64,000 nt of DNA. Source: Actinomycetota bacterium (GTDB lineage: Bacteria > Actinomycetota > Thermoleophilia > Solirubrobacterales > 70-9). The translations under genes and the position numbers were made by a program. The stretch's first letter is position 1. Every line of letters begins with the position of its first letter. Of the stretch, positions 54,845-62,564 are shown in pieces. The notes beneath the pieces were generated by a model. The model did no database searches and was not told the DNA's origin. It saw only the letters and a program-made list of their open reading frames with translations. The stretch spans positions 19,838 to 83,837 of the forward strand of contig JAFDWB010000069.1 of assembly GCA_018268675.1 (NCBI GenBank), in the 5' to 3' direction.

Positions 54845-54873
54845 GAGTGTACGCCAGACACTCAGGTTTTTTT
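54845..54873 (+). terminator. Terminator-like hairpin plus T7 tract with no upstream plus-strand gene
   Basis: GAGTGT-ACGCCAG-ACACTC-AGG-TTTTTTT. This is the longest T run seen in the window, and it lies between two minus-strand genes. Confidence 0.4.
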
Positions 54874-54921
54874 ACGCCAATTGGTCCGCCATGCTCGCGA
54901 GCCACGTCACGGCGCTCGCGG

Positions 54922-56220
54922 TCACCCCGCCTCGGCCTCGGCCCCGATCGCCGCCACCGCCGCGTCGGCCCCGACGATCGGCGCCAACGTCAGGAACGCC
55001 GCCCGGCTCGCCGCCGCCGGCAGCAGCTCCCGACGTCCCTGGACGACATGCCGGTGGGCGACGCTCCAGACCGAACCGACGATCGCTTCCGCCACCAGCG
55101 GGCTGGGCCGCCGGCCGGCCGGCGCGCGGCGCACGAGAGTGTCAGCGAAGCCGCGCAAGATCGCGTTGAGACGCGCGGCCCCGGCGGGCCGCGCCGCAAA
55201 GGCGTCGAGGAACGCGGCCCGCGCCAGCGCGCCATCCCAGGCGAGCCTGCGAAAGAGCGCATCGACCGCCCGGCAGACCCCGGCCGCCCAGCTGGAGGCG
55301 GCCTCGCCCTCGCGCACCGCCGCCGCCAGCGCGTCGGCGCTCAGCCACTCGAGCGCCACCAGGAAGCACGCCCGCGTGTCCTCGAACTCGGCCCGGAAGG
55401 CGACTTCGGCGACCCCCGCTTCGTCGGCGACGTGCGCGGGCGAGAGAGCCTCGTAGCCCCCGCGGGCGATGATCGTCGCGGTCGCCTCGAGCAGGCGCAT
55501 CCGGACGGTTTCCTCCCGTTCGGCGCCCCGCGGACCGCCCGGCGCCCCGGCCTGCCGACCCCGACCGACGGGCAGTCGCGCGCCGGCGGCGGTCCGGTAG
55601 GCGAGAAGCCAGTCCTTCAGCTCGGCGCCGCCTGCCGCGATCGCCTCGGGTCGGCCCTCCGAGAAGCGGGCGCGGGCGACGAACCAGATGCCGCCGACCA
55701 GCCCGCGGACGATCGCCGGCGGGATCGCCCCGCCGTCCGGCGCCTGGGCCAGGCTCGCCGCGATCATCCGCGCGAACAGCGCTTCAGCCCGCTCGATCCG
55801 CTCGCAGGCGACCGGCGTCGCGGCAAGGACCTCGATCAGGGCGAGCCGGGACGGGCCGGGGCGGTCGACCAGCTCCGCCGCGAACGCGTCGAAGGCGCGG
55901 CAGAGCCCGTCGTCCCAGTCGCCCGCCTCGGCGCCCGGCTCGCCGCGATAGGCGGCCGAGATCCGGCCCATCGCGTGTTGGACGACGACGTCATAGGTCG
56001 CGTAGAAGCACTCCTCCTTGCTGCCGAAGTGCGCGTAGAGCGCCTTCGTCGACACCCCGGCCAAGCCGACCAGCTCGCGCGCTGTCGTCGCCGCGTAGCC
56101 GTGCCGCGCGCACGCTTCGATCATCGCCGCGTGCAGCCGCGCGCGCTGGTGACCCGCGACCGCCTTCCGCGACGCGTTCCGCCGCGGCACCAGTTTCGGG
56201 AATAAGGCCTCTGCCTCCAC
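54922..56220 (-). CDS. TetR-family regulator of double length (two TetR-like modules)
   Basis: Module 1: LHAAMIEACARHGYAATTARELVGLAGVSTKALYAHFGSKEECF. Module 2: LLEATATIIARGGYEALSPAHVADEAGVAEVAFRAEFEDTRACF. GTG 56220 is preceded by GGGGGAGGGG. The upstream ~630 aa of ORF 54922..58113 are rejected. Confidence 0.75.
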   Translation of the reverse strand: MEAEALFPKLVPRRNASRKAVAGHQRARLHAAMIEACARHGYAATTARELVGLAGVSTKALYAHFGSKEECFYATYDVVVQHAMGRISAAYRGEPGAEAGDWDDGLCRAFDAFAAELVDRPGPSRLALIEVLAATPVACERIERAEALFARMIAASLAQAPDGGAIPPAIVRGLVGGIWFVARARFSEGRPEAIAAGGAELKDWLLAYRTAAGARLPVGRGRQAGAPGGPRGAEREETVRMRLLEATATIIARGGYEALSPAHVADEAGVAEVAFRAEFEDTRACFLVALEWLSADALAAAVREGEAASSWAAGVCRAVDALFRRLAWDGALARAAFLDAFAARPAGAARLNAILRGFADTLVRRAPAGRRPSPLVAEAIVGSVWSVAHRHVVQGRRELLPAAASRAAFLTLAPIVGADAAVAAIGAEAEAG

Positions 56221-56257
56221 TTCGTCCCCTCCCCCCAAAGAGGTAGCTCCCGACTCC

Positions 56258-56274
56258 CGCGATTCCCAATCGCG
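56258..56274. promoter_or_regulatory. Palindrome CGCGATT-CCC-AATCGCG in the TetR/GH15 divergent spacer (candidate TetR operator)
   Basis: Perfect 7-bp arms, 38 nt upstream of the TetR start and 73 nt upstream of the GH15-like start. Confidence 0.4.
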
Positions 56275-56346
56275 ACCGAGATGTTTTGTCTGCGCCCGGA
56301 GCATACAGCCGGCGTCGCCGGCCGCGGGTCGAGCGGTCCGCGGTGA

Positions 56347-58071
56347 TTGCATGCGGGCGTGCGAATCGCCCGCGCCGCCGCCCTCTGCACCCTCGTCGTC
56401 GCGATCGGCGTCGTGCTCGTCTCGGGCGGCTCCGACAGTGGCCCGCGCACGCCCCCGGCGCTCCCGGGCCTGCCGCCGCCTTTTCTCGGCACCGCGGTGA
56501 GCGGGGACGGGGGGCTGACCGCAGCGGTCGACGCCTACGGCAACGTGGTCGACCTGCGGGCGCCGGGACCGGCGGGCGCGCCGCTGATCCACAACCCCTC
56601 CGCCCGCCAGGCCGCCGGGACGGTACCCGCCGACACGGGGATCGTCCCCTATGTGCGGCTCGGTGGCGGCGAGGCGCGGGCGATGTGGCGGGCCGACTCG
56701 GTGTCTCAGCGCTACCTGCCGGGGACGAACGTGGTGCGGACGGTCGCCCGGTTCGGCCGCGCGCGCGTGGTGATGACGGTGGCCGCGGCGGGCGGCTCCC
56801 TCGCGATGGTGATCCGCGCCGCGGCGGCGACAGGGATCGCGACCTCCTCCGTCACCCTCGACCTGGCCCCGACGATCCGCTGCGCTCGCGAAAGACGGGC
56901 CGGGCAGGTCGACCTCCTCTGTGGCCCGAGGAACGGCGGGCCGCCGACGCTTCATCGCCATCTGCGTCCGAGCGGCGGGGCCGTGGCGCGGGCGTGCCGG
57001 CAGGTGGTTCGGACCGCGACCGGGGAGGCACGAGGCTGGCTCGGGCGATCGACGGCGCTCGGGTCCGGCGCACCGCGGTGGGCGCGGGCGCTCTACCGGC
57101 GCTCGCTGCTGACGGTCCACGCGCTGACCTCGCGCCGCACCGGCGCGGTCGCGGCCGGAGCGCGCGACGGCTGGGCCTACGTCTGGCCCCGCGACGCCGC
57201 CACCGCCGCGCTCGCCCTCGAGGCGTCCGGCCACGGCGCCGAAGCCCGCCATGTCGCGCGCTTCCTCACCGGCCTCGACCTTGCCGCCGCGGCGCGCTTC
57301 ACCGAAACCGGCGCCCCGGTCCCGGGCCGTCCTGCCCAAGGCGACGCGGCCGGCTGGGTCGCCATCGCCGGCCGCGCCACCGGAGTCCCGCCTCCCGACC
57401 GTCCCTTCGCCTGGCGCAACCGCGCCGACTACCAGGAGTCCACCCCCGGCACCTACCTCGGCAACGCCCTCGCCGCCACAGGCTCCCACGTTGACGGGCC
57501 GAAAACCGCTGACATAGAGCACTTTTCGGCCCATCAACATGGAGGTGCGGGCGAGATCGCGCGCGAATTCGGTACCTCGCGGGGCCTCGTGCGGAGCGCC
57601 GGCGACCCGGGCTCCGGCCTCGACTCCGCCGCCGCCTGGGCAGTGCGCCCGTTCAGAGTCCCGCCCCTCTACCCCGCCGCCGCGAAGACCCTCCAAGCCC
57701 TCGTCAGCCAAGGCACCAGATTCGGGATCACCCCCGGCGAAGGCTGGACCGGCGGCCACGACCCCTGGTCCGCCCCGACCGCCTGGAGCGCCTGGGCCCT
57801 GGCGGGTCTCTCGGCCGCGCCGGAGAGGGCCGGCGGGAGGGGGCCTCAACCGAACCTCCCCGCAGTTCGTGAGGGCGAGGCCCCCTCCCGTCGGCCCCCT
57901 GGCCCGCGCCAAGAAGCCATTGCCCTCCTCCAAGACCTCCGCCGCGCCGCGACCCCCGCGGGCGACCTCCCCGAGCGCGTCGGCGTCCACACCGGGATCC
58001 CGACCTCGACCACGCCGCTGCTCTGGTCGAGCGCCTTCACCGTCCTCGCCCTGCGTGAACTCTGGCCCTGA
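56347..58071 (+). CDS. Glycoside hydrolase family 15-like (glucoamylase/trehalase-type) protein with N-terminal anchor, carrying two palindromic-element inserts in frame
   Basis: GWAYVWPRDAATAALALEASGH (the GH15 W-x-RD region), DPWSAPTAWSAWALAGL and TPLLWSSAFTVLALRELW. Start is either TTG 56347 or GTG 56359. Confidence 0.7.
   Translation: MHAGVRIARAAALCTLVVAIGVVLVSGGSDSGPRTPPALPGLPPPFLGTAVSGDGGLTAAVDAYGNVVDLRAPGPAGAPLIHNPSARQAAGTVPADTGIVPYVRLGGGEARAMWRADSVSQRYLPGTNVVRTVARFGRARVVMTVAAAGGSLAMVIRAAAATGIATSSVTLDLAPTIRCARERRAGQVDLLCGPRNGGPPTLHRHLRPSGGAVARACRQVVRTATGEARGWLGRSTALGSGAPRWARALYRRSLLTVHALTSRRTGAVAAGARDGWAYVWPRDAATAALALEASGHGAEARHVARFLTGLDLAAAARFTETGAPVPGRPAQGDAAGWVAIAGRATGVPPPDRPFAWRNRADYQESTPGTYLGNALAATGSHVDGPKTADIEHFSAHQHGGAGEIAREFGTSRGLVRSAGDPGSGLDSAAAWAVRPFRVPPLYPAAAKTLQALVSQGTRFGITPGEGWTGGHDPWSAPTAWSAWALAGLSAAPERAGGRGPQPNLPAVREGEAPSRRPPGPRQEAIALLQDLRRAATPAGDLPERVGVHTGIPTSTTPLLWSSAFTVLALRELWP
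57490..57538. repeat. Palindromic element family A, copy 2 (inside the GH15-like ORF)
   Basis: GTTGACGGGCCGAAAA-CCGCTGACATAGAGCAC-TTTTCGGCCCATCAAC, translated in frame as VDGPKTADIEHFSAHQ. Confidence 0.8.
57835..57889. repeat. Palindromic element family B, copy 1 (inside the GH15-like ORF)
   Basis: GGGAGGGGGCCTC-AACCGAACCTCCCCGCAGTTCGTGAGGGC-GAGGCCCCCTCCC, with a perfect 13-bp stem. Confidence 0.8.
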
Positions 58072-58115
58072 CCGGCCCAGCGCAGGAGGACCCCGCCGCC
58101 TGGCAGGCTTCACGG

Positions 58116-58640
58116 ATGCGCGTCAGGCCGGCCCGCGGTGACGACGCGGCCGAGCTCGGCCGCGCGCTGAAGGTCGTCGTCGAGGAAGACTGGCTGGCGC
58201 TCGAGCCACCGATGACCGCGGCCGAGCTGGCGGCGGGGCTCCGCACGCGCCTCGACGAGGGACAGAAGCTCCTCGCCCTCGAAGACGACGACGGCGCGTC
58301 CGCGGGGGAGGGCCCGCTCGTCGGTCTGATCAACCTCCGCCCCACCCGCATCGACGGGGTCTGGTCGATCGGCCTCTGGATCCTCCCCGGCCATCGGGGC
58401 AAGGGCGCCGGACGACTGTTGGTGGACGCCGCGATCGAGGCCCGCCCGCCCGGCGTCCACAAGATCGAGCTCGAGGTCTGGCCCGAGAACGAGGCCGCGA
58501 TCCGCCTCTACGAACGCGCCGGCTTCCAGCGCGAGGGCCTGCGCCGCGACCATTACCGCCGCCGCGACGGCCGCCTCCGCTCCTCGGTGATCATGGCCCG
58601 CCTTTTCCCCGACGGCACGCCGCCGCCCCCCGACAAGTGA
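58116..58640 (+). CDS. GNAT family N-acetyltransferase
   Basis: WILPGHRGKGAGRLLVDAAI (acetyl-CoA Q/RxxGxG/A motif) and ENEAAIRLYERAGFQREG. Confidence 0.8.
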   Translation: MRVRPARGDDAAELGRALKVVVEEDWLALEPPMTAAELAAGLRTRLDEGQKLLALEDDDGASAGEGPLVGLINLRPTRIDGVWSIGLWILPGHRGKGAGRLLVDAAIEARPPGVHKIELEVWPENEAAIRLYERAGFQREGLRRDHYRRRDGRLRSSVIMARLFPDGTPPPPDK

Positions 58641-58683
58641 GTTCGCAGAAACCCGCGGTATGCGCGGGAAAGTGCGAACGCGC
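58641..58683 (+). repeat. Hairpin element family C, copy 1 (starts at the first base after the GNAT stop codon)
   Basis: GTTCGCAGAAACCCGCGGTATGCGCGGGAAAGTGCGAACGCGC, with outer stem GTTCGCA/TGCGAAC and inner stem CCCGCG/CGCGGG. Confidence 0.75.
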
Positions 58684-58721
58684 TCGGGGCCGGGCCCGGG
58701 ATCGCGGCGACGTCGCCGGGG

Positions 58722-59285
58722 TCAAAGCTCGGCGAGCGCCAGCGTCACGGCCTCCTCGGCCGTCTCGGCCTGGATGACCCCCGGCGCGCCCTCCATACGG
58801 TCGCTCCCGACCAGACCCCAGCTCCGAAGCGCGACGACGGTCCGCCCCAGCGACCGCGCGTGCCCGATCTCCGACAGCGTCCCCCACTCGCCGCCGATCG
58901 CGATCACGACCTCTCCCGACCCGACCACCGCCAGGTTCCGCGCCTGCCCGATCCCCGTCGCCACCACGTGCGTGCAATCCGAATTCGCCTCCCCCAGATC
59001 ACTCCCCGGCAGCACCCCGACAACTTCGCCACCCGCCGCAGCCGCCCCCCGAGCCACAGCCGCCATCACGCCCCCGCGCCCCCCACAAACCACCGTCACG
59101 CCAACTTCCCCCAACCGCTGCCCGACCTCCTCCGCAAGCCCCCAAATCTCGGAGCCCTCGACAGCCCCACCCGCCCCGATGACGGCGACCTGCCGCCCAC
59201 GCCGATAGGCCCGGCGTGAGGGACCCCCGAACGAACCTCCCCGCAGTTCGTGAGAGAGGGGGTCCCTCACGCCGGGCCCCAGCAC
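58722..59285 (-). CDS. TIGR00725-family (SLOG/LOG-like Rossmann) protein
   Basis: RQVAVIGAGG..., VVCGGRGGVMAAVARGA and VIAIGGEWGTLSEIGHA. The N-terminal ~25 aa are encoded by repeat element B copy 2. An alternative start exists at GTG 59270. Confidence 0.65.
   Translation of the reverse strand: MLGPGVRDPLSHELRGGSFGGPSRRAYRRGRQVAVIGAGGAVEGSEIWGLAEEVGQRLGEVGVTVVCGGRGGVMAAVARGAAAAGGEVVGVLPGSDLGEANSDCTHVVATGIGQARNLAVVGSGEVVIAIGGEWGTLSEIGHARSLGRTVVALRSWGLVGSDRMEGAPGVIQAETAEEAVTLALAEL
59216..59270. repeat. Palindromic element family B, copy 2
   Basis: GTGAGGGACCCCC-GAACGAACCTCCCCGCAGTTCGTGAGAGA-GGGGGTCCCTCAC. It has the same 22-nt loop core as copy 1, but the stem differs at four positions, and each difference is compensated on the other arm. 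Confidence 0.8.
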
Positions 59286-59295
59286 GCCGGTCCCC

Positions 59296-61590
59296 TCACG
59301 CCGCTCTCCGTACGGCCCGAGCCCTCTGCATCCGCCCCATCAACTCCAGCGCCCCCGCCTTATGCAGCGGTTCGTTGAGGTTCCCGCACTTCGGACTCTG
59401 CACACAGCTCGGACACCCGCTCTCGCACGGACACTCGGCGATCAACCGCTCGGCGTCCCCCACCAACCGCTCGAACTCCTGGAACCCCCGCCTGGTGATC
59501 CCCACCCCGCCCGGGTGCCCGTCGTAGATGAAGATCGTCGCGCGGCCGGTCTGGAAGTGGACGTTGGTGGAGAGCCCGCCGATGTCCCAGCGGTCGCACA
59601 TCGCGATCAGCGGCAGCACCGCGATCTGCGAGTGCTCGGTCGCGTGCAGCGCCCCCAGCAGCACCTCGGGCGGCAGCGCGCCGAAGTTCCCCTCCGGCAG
59701 CACATACCAGAGCGCCTGGGTGACGAAGCTCTGCTCGGGCAGCTCCAGGGCGACGATGTCGATCGGCTCGTTGTCGGCGATCGAGACCCGCTGGAAGGCG
59801 ATCACCTGCTCGGTCACCGACACCTCGCCGAAGCTCAGCTGCACCCCCGCCACCTCGCGCTGCTCGTGGATGCGCTCGATGTAGATGTCGGTCTCCTTCT
59901 TCGGCCGCGTGTACCAGTCGCCGTCGAAGCGCGAGACCAGCGCCCGCCGCTCCCGCACGTCGAGCTGCTCCACCTCATACGAGCGCCCCAGGTGCAGGTA
60001 GACCGCCCCCGGGTGGATCGTCGTGAACGCGCGCTCCGCCTCGACCAGCCCGAGCATCTCTCCCGACTCCCGCTCGATCACCGCCACCGAATCCGCCGAG
60101 GCCGAGCGCAGCGGGATTCGCGAGGCGACGAACTCGCCCCGCCGCGGCGCCAGCCCGCCGCCCGCCCGCCGCAGCTCCCCCGCCTCCAGCAGCCGCTCCA
60201 CCCGCTCCCGCCACCCGGGCCCGAAGAACTCCTCGTCGGCCTCGCCCAGCGGCAGCTCGTAGGCCGCCGCGACCAGGTGGCGCATCGCGATCTGCTCGTT
60301 GCCGTGGTCGAGGATCGCCGCCTCCACCGGCCGCCCGAGGAACTCCTCCGGGTGGCGGCAGAAGAACTGGTCGAGGGCGTCCTGCCCGGCCACGTAGACC
60401 GCCAGCCCGCGTCGGCGCCGCCCTGCCCGCCCCCACATCTGCCGCAGCGACGCCACCGTCCCCGGGAAGGTGACGCAGATCGCCGCGTCGAGCTCCCCGA
60501 CGTCGATCCCCAGCTCGAGCGCGTCCGTCGCCACCACCGCCAGCAGCTCCCCGCGCGCCAGCCGGTCCTCGATCTCGCGCCGCTGCTGGGGCGTGTAGCC
60601 GCCGCGGTAGGGGGCGATCAGGCGCGCCAGCTCCGGCCGCCCCCGCCGCTCCAGGTTTTCTCGCGCGAAGCGCTGGATCAGCTCGATCCCGCGCCGCGAT
60701 TTGAGGAAGCAGATCGTCCGCACCCCGTGGGTGACGAGCTCCGCCAGCAGGTCCGCCGCCTCGGCCAGCGCCGAGCGCCGCGTCCCGGTCGCCTTGTCGA
60801 TCAGCGGCGGGTTCCACATCGCGACCTCACGCCCCGCCCGCGGCGCGCCGTCGTCGTCGATCAGGCAGAACGAGGTGCCGACCAGCCGCTCGGCCAGCTC
60901 CGCCGGGTTGGCGATCGTCGCCGAGGCGAGCAGGAAGCGGGGTTCGGACCCGTAGGCGCGGGCGACCCGCCGCAGCCGCCGCAGCACGTTGGCGACGTGG
61001 GACCCGAAGACGCCGCGATAGGTGTGGGCCTCGTCGACCACCACCCACTCGAGGTTGGCGAAGAAGTCGCCCCACTTCTTGTGGCTGGGGAGGATCCCGA
61101 CGTGCAGCATGTCGGGGTTGGTGAGGATCAGGTTCGATTTGCGGCGGATCGCCGGGCGCTCCTCACGCGGCGTGTCGCCATCGTAGATCGCCTGCCGCAA
61201 CCCCGGCGGCCGCAGCTGGGCGAGCTTGCGCGCCTGGTCCTGGGCGAGCGCCTTGGTCGGGTAGAGGTAGAGCGCCCGCGCCTTCGGCCGGCGCGCGATC
61301 CCGTCGAGCACCGGCAGGTTGAAGGCGAGGCTCTTGCCCGAGGCGGTGCCGCTGGTGACGATCAGGTCGGCGCGCGGGGCCGTCTCCCAGGCGCGCAGCT
61401 GGTGCGAGTAGAGCGCCTCTATCCCGGCCCGCCGCAGCGCCGCGACCAGCTCCGGCGCGAGCCCGTCGGGCAGCGGCACCGGCTTCGCGCCGCGGTCGGG
61501 CTCCGCGGTCTCGGCGACGATCCGCCCGTCCCGCCGCGCCGGCGAGATCGCCACCCCCCACTGCGTGTCAATGATCGACGAGCGCGCCAT
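59296..61590 (-). CDS. DEAH-box helicase with C-terminal DUF1998 zinc domain (MrfA/YprA family)
   Basis: Motif I TSGTASGKSLAF, motif II VVVDEAHTYRG, and a C-terminal CPCESGCPSCVQSPKCGN four-Cys cluster. ATG 61590 (GGGGGAGGG upstream) is preferred to the ORF-track GTG 61620, which lies inside repeat C copy 2. Confidence 0.85.
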   Translation of the reverse strand: MARSSIIDTQWGVAISPARRDGRIVAETAEPDRGAKPVPLPDGLAPELVAALRRAGIEALYSHQLRAWETAPRADLIVTSGTASGKSLAFNLPVLDGIARRPKARALYLYPTKALAQDQARKLAQLRPPGLRQAIYDGDTPREERPAIRRKSNLILTNPDMLHVGILPSHKKWGDFFANLEWVVVDEAHTYRGVFGSHVANVLRRLRRVARAYGSEPRFLLASATIANPAELAERLVGTSFCLIDDDGAPRAGREVAMWNPPLIDKATGTRRSALAEAADLLAELVTHGVRTICFLKSRRGIELIQRFARENLERRGRPELARLIAPYRGGYTPQQRREIEDRLARGELLAVVATDALELGIDVGELDAAICVTFPGTVASLRQMWGRAGRRRRGLAVYVAGQDALDQFFCRHPEEFLGRPVEAAILDHGNEQIAMRHLVAAAYELPLGEADEEFFGPGWRERVERLLEAGELRRAGGGLAPRRGEFVASRIPLRSASADSVAVIERESGEMLGLVEAERAFTTIHPGAVYLHLGRSYEVEQLDVRERRALVSRFDGDWYTRPKKETDIYIERIHEQREVAGVQLSFGEVSVTEQVIAFQRVSIADNEPIDIVALELPEQSFVTQALWYVLPEGNFGALPPEVLLGALHATEHSQIAVLPLIAMCDRWDIGGLSTNVHFQTGRATIFIYDGHPGGVGITRRGFQEFERLVGDAERLIAECPCESGCPSCVQSPKCGNLNEPLHKAGALELMGRMQRARAVRRAA

Positions 61591-61608
61591 CAACCCCGCC
61601 CTCCCCCG

Positions 61609-61651
61609 GCGCGTTCGCACTTTGCGGCGCTATCCGCGGGTTTCTGCGAAC
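61609..61651 (-). repeat. Hairpin element family C, copy 2 (between the DHPS-family gene and the helicase gene)
   Basis: The minus strand reads GTTCGCAGAAACCCGCGGATAGCGCCGCAAAGTGCGAACGCGC. The first 18 and last 15 nt are identical to copy 1. Confidence 0.75.
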
Positions 61652-61685
61652 GCGCCGCGCGGCCGGCGCGCGACCGTCGCGCCGC

Positions 61686-62564
61686 TCAGCCACCCCGGAC
61701 CACCGTCCCGGCGAGGCGCATCGCCTGCAGCGAGGAGCGGTCGTGGATGCGGAGGATGTCGGCGCCCTCGCGCACCGCGAGCGTCACCGCGGCGACCGTC
61801 CCCCACTCGCGCTCGCCCGCAGGCCACCGCTCCTCCCAGGACCCGGCGAGCACCGCGCCGACGAAGTCCTTGCGCGACAGCGACACGTAGAGCGGCAGCC
61901 CCAGCGCGCGCAGCTCGCCGAGGCGCCGCATCACCTCGAGGTCCTGCTCCGGCGAGAGGTCGAAGTCGAGCCCCGGGTCGATCGCGATCTGCTCGTCGCG
62001 CACCCCCAGCTCCCGCATCCGCTCCACCCTCCCCTCGAACCAGGCGACCATGTGGTCGACGGTGTCGTCGTACTCCCGCCACGGCCGGTCGACCCGCGGC
62101 GGCCCCTCGATGTGCATCAAGACATAGCCGCACCCGCGCGCCGCGACCAGCTCGAACATCTCGTCGCACCCACCGGAGATGTCGTTGACGCAGGCCGCGC
62201 CCGCGTCGAGCGCGCGCCGCGCCACCTCGACCTGGAAGGTATCGGCCGAGACCGGGACCCGTCCCCCCGCCGCGCCGTCCTCCCCGTCGTCGGCACCGAT
62301 CTCGAGCGCCGCCATCCCGGCAATCGCCGGCAGCAGCGCCGCGCACTCGTCCTCGACCCCCACCGGCGGTCCGCTCCGCGCCGCCACCGCCCCCACGTCA
62401 AGCATGTCGAAGCCCGCCTCCACGAGCCCGATCCCGTCCGCGATCGCCTGCTCCGGGGTGCCGCTCCGTGCCCCCTCGAACATCGAGTCGATGGTCACGT
62501 TGACGATCCCCGCCCCCACCGGCCGGGCCAGGTCCAGAGTCAGATCACCGAGTCGCCACTCCAT
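61686..62564 (-). CDS. folP: Dihydropteroate synthase family (pterin-binding) protein; could be a FolP2-like paralog
   Basis: GIVNVTIDSMF, VPVSADTF, CVNDISGG, YVLMHIEG, IAIDPGLDF and VSLSRKDFVG follow the DHPS motif order, with some atypical residues. ATG 62564. The upstream ~460 aa of ORF 61686..63947 are rejected. Confidence 0.75.
   Translation of the reverse strand: MEWRLGDLTLDLARPVGAGIVNVTIDSMFEGARSGTPEQAIADGIGLVEAGFDMLDVGAVAARSGPPVGVEDECAALLPAIAGMAALEIGADDGEDGAAGGRVPVSADTFQVEVARRALDAGAACVNDISGGCDEMFELVAARGCGYVLMHIEGPPRVDRPWREYDDTVDHMVAWFEGRVERMRELGVRDEQIAIDPGLDFDLSPEQDLEVMRRLGELRALGLPLYVSLSRKDFVGAVLAGSWEERWPAGEREWGTVAAVTLAVREGADILRIHDRSSLQAMRLAGTVVRGG

Noticed and set aside
56221-58113. 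N-terminal ~630 aa of ORF 54922..58113 (-). Similar N-terminal extensions occur in ORFs 61686..63947, 30399..31385, 18917..20062, 20473..21672, 27320..28372 and 38587..39981.
   Set aside because: The recognisable domain starts far downstream at an internal ATG or GTG with an RBS or a 4-nt overlap to the upstream stop. The extensions overlap better-supported genes on the other strand and are compositionally junk.
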